Below, one piece after another: positions 21,253 to 33,147 of a stretch of 64,000 nt of DNA. Numbering within the stretch: the first letter of the stretch is position 1; every line of letters begins with the position of its first letter. The notes below the pieces were generated by a model. That model did no database searches and was not told where the DNA came from. It saw only the letters and a program-made list of their open reading frames with translations. The stretch spans positions 6,944,001 to 7,008,000 of the forward strand of contig CATNEN010000034.1 of NCBI GenBank assembly GCA_950097015.1. Direction: 5' to 3'. Origin of the DNA: Macrostomum hystrix (taxonomy: Eukaryota > Animalia > Platyhelminthes). A program made the position numbers and the translations under genes.

Positions 21253-24200
21253 TCAGATGTAGTGGGGAGTCTCCTGCCCAGTTAGCAGGCGAAACACCGA
21301 GGTTGGCATAGTCTTCATGTGGATTTCGCCAACTCCCGAAGCCAGCATGGCAACTATTTTGTCATGCGGCGTGGCCACCACCGACTGGCCGTTGATCTCG
21401 ATGATTCGGTGACCAACTCGCACGCCGCCTCGTTCGGCGATGCCGCCGCGCAGCAAGGAGCAGATGACGCCATTCTGTACGCTGAATCCCAGCTGGTACT
21501 TGGCGTCTGGTCGACGGATTAGCACCTGCCACATCGGCGAAGGAGGGATCCGTGAGTGGGAAATTTGAGGATTGGGAATCAGTGAAGGGGATATTTGAGG
21601 ATTGGGAATCAGTGAAGGGATATTTGAGGATTGGGAATCAGTGAAGGGGATATTTGAGGATTGGGAATCAGTGAAGGGGATATTTGAGGATTGAAAACCA
21701 GTGAATGGGATATTTGAGGATTGGGAATCAGTGAATTGGGAATCAGTGAATGGGAAATCAGTGAATGGAAAATCGGTAAATTGGTGTATCAAAGATTTAA
21801 AGTCGACTCACCTGAACCACCGGCGGGCAGGACACGAGGCTGAGCTGCACCGCTGTGCTGGGCCGGCAGTTCTTCAGCAGCTGCTGACAGGCGGCCAGCG
21901 GCAGGCCGACTAGGCTGACGCCGTTCACCGCCAGCAGCTGGTCGCCGATGTTGAGCTGGCCGCAGCGGGCCGCCGGGCCGGAGGGCTGCATGTTGGCCAG
22001 CACGGCTGTTGGCAGCAGGGAGCCCCAGCCGCTCTCCACCACAACAACACCGAGTGGCTCGCCTTTGGCCTTGGGCACCACGACCTCCTTCTGAGTCTCT
22101 GGCCGGCTGAACAGCGCCAGCTCTTCGCCGAGGAGGTCCTGCGCCTCCAGTACGTCTTGGTAGGCGGCGTCGCGCAGTTCGCGCCGGTGCGGCCGATCCA
22201 CGCCGTTTGCGCGTAGAAACTCCAGGTATGCGGATTGGAAGGCCTGCCCGATGGACTGCGCTACTAGGCCGGCCTAGTAGGTTGGAGGGTGGAGTGGGAG
22301 AGTAGCTTGTAGGGTGGAGTGGGAGAGTAGCTGGTAGGGTGGAGTGGGAGAGTAGCTGGTAGGGTGGAGTGGGAGAGTTGCTGGTAGGGTGGAGTGGGAG
22401 AGTAGCTGGTAGGGTGGAGGGGAGAGTAGCTGGTAGGGTGGAGGGGAGAGTAGCTGGTAGGGTGGAGTGGGAGAGTAGCTGGTAGGGTGGGGTGAGAGAG
22501 TAGCTGGTAGGGTGGAGTGGGATAGTAGCTTGTAGGGTGGAGTGGGAGAGTAGCTGGTAGGTTGGTAGGCAAGGCGGGTAGTCAGGGGCACCAGAAAGCG
22601 CTGGATTGGCTGACGCACCTCGTCAGTCTCGAAGACGTGGCAAACGATGCGGGCCTGCCGCTTCTCCGGGCTGTGCAGGAAGCGCCGGCGGGCCATGAAG
22701 ACCAGCAGACTGCCGATGTCAGCGATGTAGGCAACAGTCTTGAGCGCGTGGTCCATCATGATCTCCTGCAGGTTGGCGTTCAGCACCAGAATTTTCTCCT
22801 TGGAGATGAACAGGTCCACGGGCACACATGGCTGCTGCTCCCCGTCAGGCGCCTGAATAGTGAGCAACAGGGAGGACGCGAGGCTTTGGAACTGTTCCCT
22901 GAGGATAATTGCATCAGAAACACAGGATCTGGGAAAATAGTATCACAAATGGCATCCAAAATTGGGATTTAGATCTAGGATCCAGAATCGTATTTCGAAT
23001 GAGGATCTGAGCAGATAATCCCAAATGAGGATTTAGGGTGGATGGCGTCCAAAACTGAGGATCTGGGTAGTCATGGTGTTTCGACTTGAGAACTCATCAT
23101 ATCCATAGTTTGTAGCAACAGTCTAAAATAATTAGATAATTAAAAATCACCTTGACCCTGTCGACAGCCTCCTGAGCTTGAGTCATGCGGGCCGACTTGC
23201 TTGGCTGTCCCTCGGTGACCAGCTGGGTGGAGCCTAGGTACAGCGCACGGAATAACAGGCCCTCGATCAGCACTGTTCGATCGGAAGGAGGTTAATAGAC
23301 TAAGATGAAAATTTGTCTTAAAATTGCAAACAAAAAGCTATACTTGCTACTGCTGCAAGTAGACTAGCTGGGTCATTTATAAGTCTGGTTAAGCTTCGCC
23401 CAAAGGGCGAACGCACAGAGCAGTACAGGGGTGGTAGAGAGCGATATACGGGTGGTAGGGAGTGGAAGAGGGTGGTCGAGGAGGGTATGGTAGAGAGCGG
23501 TAGAGGGTGGAAGAGAGCGGTAGAGGTTGGTAGAGAGCGGTAGAGAGTGGAAGAGAGCGGTAGAGGTTGGTAGAGAGCGGTAGAGGGTGGAAGAGAGCGG
23601 TAGAGGTTAGTAGAGAGCGGTAGAGGGTGGAAGAGAGCGGTAGAAGTTGGTAGAAAGCGGTAGAGGGTGGAAGAGAGCGGTAGAGGTTAGTAGAGAGCGG
23701 TAGAGGGTGGAAGAGAGCGGTAGAAGTTGGTAGAAAGCGGTAGAGGGTGGAAGAGAGCGGTAGAGGTTGGTAGAGAGCGGTAGAGGGTGGAAGAGAGCGG
23801 TAGAGGGTGGAAGAGAGCGGTAGAGGTTGGTAGAGAGCGGTAGAGGGAGGAAGAGAGCGGTAGAGCTTAGTAGAGAGCGATAGAGGGTGGAAGAGAGCGG
23901 TAGAGGTTAGTAGAGAGCGGTAGAGGGTGGAAGAGAGCGGTAGAAGTTGGTAGAAAGCGGTAGAGGGTGGAAGAGAGCGGTAGAGGTTGGTAGAGAGCGG
24001 TAGAGGGTGGAAGAGAGCGGTAGAGGGTGGAAGAGAGCGGTAGAGGGTGGAAGAGAGCGGTAGAGGTTGGTAGAGAGCGGTAGAGGTTGGTAGAGAGCGG
24101 TAGAGAGCTATAGAGGATGCAAGAGAGTGGTAGAGCGTGGTAGAGCATGGTAGAGAGTGGTAGGGTGATGAGACATGGCGATAGAGCCAGCAAACTTTAT

Positions 24201-27200
24201 AGCAGGCATGTAAAGAACTTGTTACTCGTAAAAAATCCGATATAAAGTAAAAAAACCCGACTCTCCTAACTAGAAGAAAAAGACCAGGGACAACCTTGAA
24301 GTAGATATTAAAAGAAAAAATGGGAAGCGCGTGATTGGGATGGAGCTCGGCGGCTGAGCCAGGGAAAGCTATTATGCGCCCAGCAATGAACAACAGTGGA
24401 TGTGTGTGTGTGGGTGAGAAAAATTAAATCGAAAGCGGGCAAAGCTGAAGAGGAAGGGGATTTCAAAGGCCGGCTTATCAGGCATCAGTAGTGCAATGAG
24501 CGGAGTCGGAATTGAAACCTTTTAGTGGACGAAGGGGGGCAGAGGCCAAGCAAAAGGACTTATAAAAAATTCGGCCCGAATAGCTCGAAGGCGTTTATCC
24601 TGAGAGAAAAGCAGGCAGGAAATGATGAAGAAATGGAGGTCGCCGCTCCGGCGGGGGCGGGAATCACGAGTCAGAGATGGAGGGAGGGGGAGAACGGTCG
24701 CTGACTGAATCCGCGAGGAGGGGAGGGTGAAATTCTTCATTCTTTTTCTAAGATGCAAATTTGGCTCCCATCCTCCTCAGCCAAGCGGACAAGAATTTCT
24801 AATTAGGCAGAAAATGCTAAATGGATGGAATGAGTCTAGGCTAAATATACACAGGACACAATCGGGCAGACAGATATGCCAAAGGCACTTGGTCTTGTTT
24901 TTAATGGCTTTAAAAAACATGGGTTTCGTTGGTTTGAAAAGAAGCCGAAATAGCGCAGACTGTTTCAGAGACTCCACAGATATGCGAATTGTTCCTTAGA
25001 TGTCTGGATGCTTAATGAAACAGTCTGGGCGGAGGACAGCATTTATTTTTCCCTTCTTTCTTGGAAAACGATCCCACCTTCTCCGCCGCTCCCATCTCCG
25101 ACGCTTGTCAGTTGCTTTGATGTTGCTTGCTGCTGCCGCTGCTGCTGCGGAGACGTTTTCTTCGCCGCTACGCGCGCATCAGGAGCAGCTGCGGAGGCAC
25201 CAGCCGGGGTTGCAGCCCCAACGGCTGAGCCCCGCAGCTCCGGAATGTGCAGGCGAACCTCCCGGCAGTAGGGCTTCTTCAACAAGCCGTCGGTGTCGCC
25301 GTCGCTATCGTAACTATCGGCTGTCGCCGCCGTGGTCGACGCTGAAGAAATGCGGTCACGAGAGTTTTGTTTGTTTATCGTGTTGTATTATGCGGCAGTT
25401 TAAGGCAAAGTGCTTCACATTGTACGGTCTGGGGCTAAGTTATAGATGGGGTAGAGAGTGGGACAGGCAAAAGATAAGCTGGCCATGGCTTAGATAAGTG
25501 AGGTCAGGGGAGGCAGTATAGCTGGCGTGAGTTAGAGAATCAGGGCAGAGAGAGTGAGCAGCCGGATGAAGCCATGGCCGGTATTTTCGCAGCTTCCCTT
25601 TTAGCCGAACGTAACGGAAGGGATATAGAAGGGAGTAAGAGAGGAAGCAGGGCACTGCAATGCTGAAAAGGGGGCCGCTGGGAGAGGGGGAAATCAAGCA
25701 GGGGAAGAGAGAGAGCGGGACGTTTTGAACCTTCGGAGGCTTCCAGGCCCGGGCAGAAGAGATGATGGCTGCGGCATGGCTAGTCAACACGGTGCCCGAC
25801 CAGACAGACTGAGGCATAGGCGGGGTCTGAGAGGGCGAGAGCGAGCTCAAGAGGGGCTTTAGTGTCCGAGGACAGGGTATTAACGCCCAGTCGAGGCAGC
25901 AGTAAGCGGACATTATTAACATAATTAGGCTGGGGTACTCCACGCGGATGCAAGGGTAAGAGAAGTGGAGTACGGCTGCAAAAAGAACAACATGACGCAC
26001 TGCTATAGCCGGCTCGATTTGGAAGCCGCAGCAAAGCAGATAGGGAGGGGGAAGAAGCCACGATATACTAAGGAAACTGACTGACGGACACGCCAAACTG
26101 AAACCTTTACTAAAGACTTGGCGGGAGGTCCAAGCTAAGCCTGATCAGCTGGCGCATCTGTGCTGCTGGCCCTGGGTGTCCCGCAGAGAGGGAGACAATC
26201 GACAGACGGACAGCCGGCAGGGCCAGATCCGCGGAGGCAGATAAGGAGGCAGTGGAGGAAATTAGCTGCTGGAATCTGACAGGGAAATTGGTAGGGGCTC
26301 CCAGATCAGATGACCAGGGCCTCCCCTGGTTTTAAGTGCTATTTGAAAAATGTTAAAATCGGAGGCGAGGCCACATGCCTTTCGCTACAAGGCTCGCAGT
26401 GCAATTTTTTATGATGCACTTTGTGCTGGGATTGTTATTAGATACAAATCACACAGAGCAACGATCGATTCAACTAACCGACGGGCCCCTGCTGCTGCCT
26501 CTTAGAGCTGGCAGAGCTCACTACAACAGCCGCTGTCGGCGACTTGTTGGCTCCGACGCTACCGACGCTGATGTCGTCGACACCGCACTGCAGCGGCACC
26601 CGGCGATACCGGCCGCGCTGCCTGTCTCCAGTTAGCAGCGATGTCAGGTAGCGCTTGCCGCCTTCGAGGCGGCCGCCGCGTCGAGTCCGATTCTTCAACG
26701 ATCCGGTCGTGTTCGCGGAGGATGACGATGAAGCGGCTGAAGAGGCGGGATCCTCTTCCTCCTCCTCGGCTGACGACGCCGATGTTGGCGACGCTGCGCC
26801 GCTGTCGTCTGAATTGGCGGCTGCCGCGACTGGCGGGAATGTCCAGATTCGAACTGGGGAGCCCCCTGTACGCTGCTGCTGCTGCTGCTGCTGAACGGGG
26901 AATTTCTGCTTGGGATGCGGCCCAGATTTCGCAGTAGCCATTGCTGTAGACGGAGATGCGAATGAACAATTGGAGATTTATTGTCCGCAATCAAATATGC
27001 TCAGTCAGGAAAAATCTGAATGAAAAATAAACTTGATCGAAAAAATCGGTTGATCGAAAATTCTTTTTGCCTGTGTTCTGCACTTTCATGGCGATTGGTT
27101 GAATATTTTGGGAGATACAGAAAAACGAAATATGAGTGAGGGTTGAAATAACCCGTTGTCTATCTACTGTTGAGAAAAGTTTTTTAGCCCACCACGATTG

Positions 27201-30115
27201 TAGCATCAAGCTAGAACTAATTTTAATCATGAAAAAGCACACAAAAACAATACGATCTGAAAACGCGGCGTTCGTGCTAGGATTAATCAGGCTAAAAGAG
27301 GAAACTATAACAATTCTTGTGGACACAGAGTTTCAATTAGGAAACAGCGATTGTGCCAGTCTGATTCCGGACACGAAAGTTGACTTAAAAAATAATGCAA
27401 TCCACGATGGGTGGGACCAGGTGCGGATGTAAGGAGGGAAGAGAAACACAATCGGAGACACGGTAGGGAAGAAGAGATGGGGAGTCAGAGAGCAGGAAGG
27501 GGAGGAGAGATGGGAAGTCAGAAAGCAGGAAGGGGAGGAGAGATGGAAAGTCAGAAAGCAGGAAGGGGAGGAGAGATCGGAAGTCAGAAAGCAGGAAGGG
27601 GAGGAGAGATCGGAAGTCAGAAAGCAGGAAGGGGAGGAGAGATGGGAAGTCAGAAAGCAGGAAGGGGAGGAGAGATGGGAAGTCAGAGTAGGAAGGGGAG
27701 CAGAGATGGGAAGTCAGAGTAGGAAGGGGAGCAGAGAGGGGAAGTCAGAGTAGGAAGGGGAGCAGAGATGGGAAGTCAGAGCAGGAAGGGGAGGAGAGAG
27801 GGGAAGTCAGAGCAGGAAGTGGAGGAGAGATGGGAAGTCAGAACAGGAAGTGGAGGAGAGAGGGGAAGTCAGAGAGCAAGAAGGGGAGGAGAGAGGGAAG
27901 TCAGAGAGCAAGAAGTGAAGGAGATAGGGGAAGTCAGAGAGCAGGAAGGGCAGGAGGGATGAGATGTAGGGCCGAAGGAGAGGAGAATTAAGACAGCAGT
28001 AGACCACAGCAGTTGTAGGCAGATTCTGTCCAACTGTGAGCCTAATGCCAGCTGGCCAGGCGAGCTGTAGCATATCACGAGCCGGCAATGCATTAGTAAT
28101 AAGGACCTGAGGGGGGCGGGCTCGGTTGTAGCTGGTAAAAAACGAGTCAGAAACTGGCACGGCCATCATTTCCCAGCCGAACTAGCTGGCAGAAATTTAA
28201 AATAGGAGCGGTATAGGGGAAGCCGACACAAACCAAGCACTAAAAGATGGGATAAAAATTTTAACAGCTTCTAACGCAATTAACTGCTGGATGGGCCTGC
28301 GTGTCGGGCGGCACCGCAGGATGTCGCTGTACATCCTCATCCTGTGGGAAATTTTTCCGGATACCAACATGGGACATACGAGTCAGAGGGGGGAGAGAGG
28401 AGACACTTCGGACCCAGCCGGGAATCAAGTACCTGCCATGCGGTACTAATGGCATGCGGTGCCATTAGAATCGCATCACGAAATGAACTCCATCTAGTCC
28501 TGCCAGGTTTTATGGCAATAGTACCTGCCGATTTTTTAGTATATGGCGAATCTCTCTGCGGAGCAGATACACGGAAATAAGGAACTATGGTCAGGACTTT
28601 TTGTTCTAAAATACTGTCGGCCCTGCAAAAAAAGCACAGGAAAATAGGCTCGACTGTCTAAGCGTGGACTGACACCAAGCCAGCCGCGCAGCTGCTCGTT
28701 CGATCGAGTCGGCCGACAGCAGATTGGCTTCGGAGAGACCCGCTCCTCATTGATAAGAACATATAGGAACTGAGTGGCCGAGGGGAGGAGGGAGGCAGAG
28801 CGAAAGGTAAACACAAGAATTTCCCCCAAAATGAGTGCAACAGCAGCAGCAGCAGAAGCAGTAGCAAGCTGTCTGCGCAGAAGCGAGCAAGCGAGAGAAC
28901 AGCCATGAAGCGGCAGTGCATGCAAGAAGAAGGCTGCTTGCTTGCTATATTTGCAGATCTTCTGGGCCCTCCGATACACTGGGGGCGAAGCTGATTAGAG
29001 TCCCACTGAACAGCTTTCCAGCTAAAGCATACTGGGTCTTCCATTCTGTATCCATTGCAGTGCGCAGATTTTAACAGTTGCGCATCGTGGGTAGCTGGCC
29101 AGTTACCATGGGATAAATATCCCACCGATTGTAATGAAATATTCCGAAGCCTAATGACTATAGACGCAGGGCAAAAAGCAGAGTGACAGGTTTCGATGAA
29201 AGTATAAATACAGATGGCAAACGATAATGATGCTGTGCTGCATGAAATGATTTCACCCACATACCCTGCTTAATTATGAATCTGCTATGCTTTCTTTATT
29301 TTCTTGTTTCGGTTCGAAGCAATGGAGGGGGTGAGTGGCAGAGCGATTGATGCGCTTGCCTCTGGCACCAAGGAACCTGAGTTCGATTCCGCGGCGAGGC
29401 CACATTAATTTGTGGCGCAGCCGCGGAGAGAAGGCTTTGGGGTTTGTCGGAGGGGCCAACCTCCAAGACACAGTGAGAGTACACACTGCCTGACGATGAG
29501 AAAGTCAGGGCAGATGTACACACCTGTGTGAGCATGTGCCTGCGTACAGTATCTGTGTGAGTGTGTACTCAGGAGTCAGCGAAACGGGCGGAATAGCCTC
29601 CTCGATGGCTGCGGGTCTAGTGTCACCAAATGATGTGCCCATTGCCCTCAGCCCTCCTGCAATTATTAGTTATATGAATATCTAAAGCAATGGACCAAAA
29701 AAGAATAACTTAATTTTTATAATCAGTCAGTCTCACCATCGATACCATCATTCGCCATTAATTTGCCGTTTCCATGACAACTGGCACCGCTGCCGGCAGC
29801 CAGCGCGGCCCGAATCTCGGCAATGTCGCTGACAATGTCTTGAGCCAAACCGGCAGTAGCGACATTGGGATTAGCCTCGCCCACACGATTGACGCCATCA
29901 TCCTCTTCCGCATTGTTATCTTCGCCGTTGTCGTCGTTGTTGTCGGCAACTGTGTCATCGAGAGGAATGTCCGACAGGCCGCAGAGGCCGGCCAGCGGGT
30001 GGCTCAGCAGCGGCGGAGGAGCGCACGTGAAGCCGCCGCCGCCGCGGCCGGGCGAAGCGGCCATGAAGTCGGCCACTTCCCGGTCAGTGAGGCCGCTAGA
30101 CAACCATTGGGTCAT
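21253..30115 (-). CDS. APBA: X11/Mint/LIN-10 (APBA) adaptor with PTB and 2 PDZ domains. Exons (minus strand) 30115-29737, 26943-26479, 25341-25078, 23272-23151, 22852-22619, 22273-21812, 21525-21253; about 732 aa
   Basis: PTB: [27 protein letters not shown]|[38 protein letters not shown]|[15 protein letters not shown]1: [29 protein letters not shown]2: [59 protein letters not shown]. All listed junctions are GT-AG and phase-compatible. The four 3' exons are near certain; the three N-terminal low-complexity exons rest on phase and splice signals only. Confidence 0.92.
21550..21780. repeat. About 31-bp minisatellite in the last Mint intron
   Basis: GATATTTGAGGATTGGGAATCAGTGAAGGG units. Confidence 0.9.
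22281..22565. repeat. 25-bp minisatellite in a Mint intron
   Basis: GTAGCTGGTAGGGTGGAGTGGGAGA units. Confidence 0.9.
23440..24170. repeat. GA-rich minisatellite (GAGAGCGGTAGAGGGTGGAA-like) in a Mint intron
   Basis: Directly visible; it explains ORF 23389-24393. Confidence 0.92.
27470..27960. repeat. GA-rich about 33-bp repeat in a Mint intron
   Basis: GGAAGTCAGAAAGCAGGAAGGGGAGGAGAGAT units. Confidence 0.88.
29327..29684 (+). mobile_element. tRNA-derived SINE (about 358 bp) with a 10-bp TSD in Mint intron 1
   Basis: A-box-like AGTGGCAGAGCG (29334) and B-box GAGTTCGATTCC (29379); AAGCAATGGA duplicated at 29317-29326 and 29685-29694; AT-rich tail. Confidence 0.75.
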
Positions 30116-33100
30116 GCCGCGGACAGGATCGGCTTGAAATGGTGCGGATCGGGCTGCCCGAGTCAGCTGCTGGACTCTGCAGAGAGTAGAAAATAAGAAA
30201 ATAAGAAAATTATTTCTACTTGTTTAGGCCAATCAGTTAATAGCTCTATACTCGTATAAGCGGTTGATCTGTAAGCGAAAAGAAGCAGATAGACTTTCCA
30301 CTTTTCTTAAAATATTTATCGCTTAGTTGCAGCTGCTGCAATTCTTGAAAGATTTTCAAAAAGTACTTTACAGAAGGCTAGTCTTCGTTACCAAATGGAA
30401 AAGCCCAATTAAATATGTAAACAGGAGGCGAAAGTAAAAGATTGCTGCGTGGCTGGCGAGGTCTTGCGCTGTCCCCTGGGGGGTCGCGGACTGTGTTTCC
30501 CAGAATTCCAAGGAAATAGGAGTCAAGACGCTTGGGCAAGGAAAGTGGTTGAAAGAGGGGAAGATAAGAAATCAGGCGTGAAGCTGCGATTTCACAAAAC
30601 AGTGGTTCACAATTTCTTAGTGAAAAAACGTTGGATTTTTTTAACTTTCTTTAAACTTTTCTAAACATACTATGTCAGACAATTTTTTTACTATTTTCAC
30701 TAAATATTGAATATCAAGGACAAACCTCAACTAAAAAAAGCTTTTAATATTTCATACACAAGCAAAAATATAACTGAAAAGTATATAGTCTTTGCATGAT
30801 TAAATATGTAGAGCAATATATCAAGCATATGAAATGACATGAAGATTTAAAATGAACTTTATCTTCATGAATAAAAAAGACATTTTCCCTACTTTTTGGC
30901 ATACTAACTATTATCCAGCAGTTACAATACTATTTAAAATGGTATTATTTAATGAGGCATAGAATAAAACTTCAGAATATTTTTTGTGATTATACTTATA
31001 CTTTCCAATTTAGTTTGTAGATAGAATAACCAAAACAACTAAATGTAGAATATTCTAGTACTATTACTAGGAGCTTAAAAAACTCATGGCTAGGGTAGAG
31101 ATACCTACCATATAATAAAAATTATTTAAACTAGCTATAGATATTAATTTATCAATTTGTTTGATTAACAGGAAAAATATGGAAGTATGAAAATGATAAA
31201 CTAAAGGCTTCAGCTATGCTATATTTTATAAAATTATTGAGATGTTTATTTATTAGCTATGGTAATTTATAATATTTACAATCATACCAACAATGTAAAA
31301 ATTATTAAATGATTCAGGCCCAATTCAGATTCCTACATTTCAGAGTATATTCTATAAATGATTAAAATAAACTTTTTTCCTCATCAATTCAGTTTATTAA
31401 AAGTTTGGACATAAATATATAGAAATTGGTCTTGCCAATATAGGCTACTGCATTTCTTTGGTATTCTAGATTCTAATTCAGATGTCAATAGAAGATTCTT
31501 AAGTAAAAAAGTAAACATGTAAATATTCAGTAATTCAAAATATGTAGCTTCTTTCTGATGTCTTCATTTGATTAAGCATGATAGCATTTTTATGAATTAT
31601 CAAAAAACAATAGCAACTATTTATAAGTACAATAGCTATTGTGTACTTGTTTAAAGTAATATCTTGATTTCGATGTCCAATACATATATATATATATATA
31701 AAGTACTAAAAATTAAATTTATCAGGGATACTCGAACATATAAATGTTTTAAATTGAAATAGGAAACATAAATGGTAGAGTAAATGAAGATTTTGTTTCA
31801 AAAAAGTTTGTTCAAAAAATCAAAATAGTTTGTTCTGAACTATTTCGTTCGTACACCTATATAGTAAGAAATCCTAACACCCGTCGACACGGTGACATGG
31901 AACCTAGACCCGCGAAAACAAAGAAGCAACAGGCTCTGTAGGATAATTTCGTGTTGATTCCAGAAAATTCAAAATTATATTTTTACTAATTTCGAAGTGG
32001 TAAAACTAAAGTGCTAGATTTTTTTAATTTTGAGAAAAGTGAGAAAAAAATAATATTTTTTGGCGATAGATATAGTTTAACAAATTACATTTTAGCTTTT
32101 CTAGGCTTCGATTAGCCTTTTTCTATTATCGTGAGTCAACTTTCACCCCGTTCGTAACACCCGCGACAAATCTCGCCAAAGTTTTATTCAACGCCCACTA
32201 GGAGTAGGCGAGACTAGAGTCTTCTTCTAGTGGTCCTTGGTATTATTACCTAGAATTAAAGATCCCTAATTACGAAATCCAACGGAGAAATTATACCTTC
32301 ATTGTCTAGTTTCTTCAGTTCCATGTACCCCAAAATTTACAAGCTTTATCAAGCTATTATAACTATATAACGATTGTTATTTTCTTAACCATTGTATATT
32401 TATCTATAGTTAAGTCTTACGTGTGGATTTTTCATTATTTTTATAAGATTACGCAAGCATATGAAGAGTTTTGATTATCATTTGAAGCTCACAGCCTGAT
32501 AATATGAATGAGAGCTTTGTTGTCTAATTACTAAATTAGTCAGTTAACAATCAAGTCAGTCAAATCTTAGCAGCAAGCACTTAGCTTCGCTGCTCTTCTT
32601 GCTGGGTAAAAGCATAATTCCGATGTATGTATTTCATAGCGCATCTGTGGTACAAACGCAAGTAAAGATGTAAAATAAACAAAAGTTCACTCTTGCAGAA
32701 ATAAAATTTCTTGCGGTAGATTTTGATAATTCTCGAAGAAGAATATAGATAATAGAGGATCTTGGACAATCCGGCGATCAAACCCTTAGACTGCAGCTAG
32801 TAGATGACTTGTTAGGTGTAAAAAACATTTGCTATTGATTCACTAATAATTGAGACAAAAGCAATAATTCAAGAAAGTCGACTAATTGAATTGATGAGTG
32901 AAGGGATCGAGTGCACATTGAGAAATGGAAGTCTTGCAATGCGGCAGACAAAGCAAGCTATAGCTAGCACTAAATTGAAACAAAAATTCACTCTAAGCTA
33001 AACAGGAGTGGCTTGTGATTTGAATGAAAGGTCGAAACTTTTGGATTGTGACCTCCATACGATCATTTGTACTTGTATTAGGAGTAACAGATTGAAGCGG

Positions 33101-33147
33101 GACAACGAGGTTGGCGCTAAAAATGGTTAATTATCATTGCAGTTCAT

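Noticed and set aside
20554-24393. ERWERAE, MGESGRE and STALYRSLP repeat ORFs
   Set aside because: GA-rich satellites in or next to the Mint gene.
28536-29260. 147- and 200-aa minus-strand ORFs in Mint intron 1
   Set aside because: No recognisable domains or codon bias, and not needed for phase-consistent splicing of the Mint exons.
29486-29513. Hammerhead-like core CTGACGA...GAAA inside the SINE
   Set aside because: No stem III or UH cleavage triplet; the sequence folds as a simple hairpin (CTGCCTGAC/GTCAGGGCAG).
32192-32217. Helitron-like 3' end (imperfect hairpin then CTAG)
   Set aside because: The hairpin is weak and too close to CTAG; no 5' TC terminus or Rep/helicase remnant identified.
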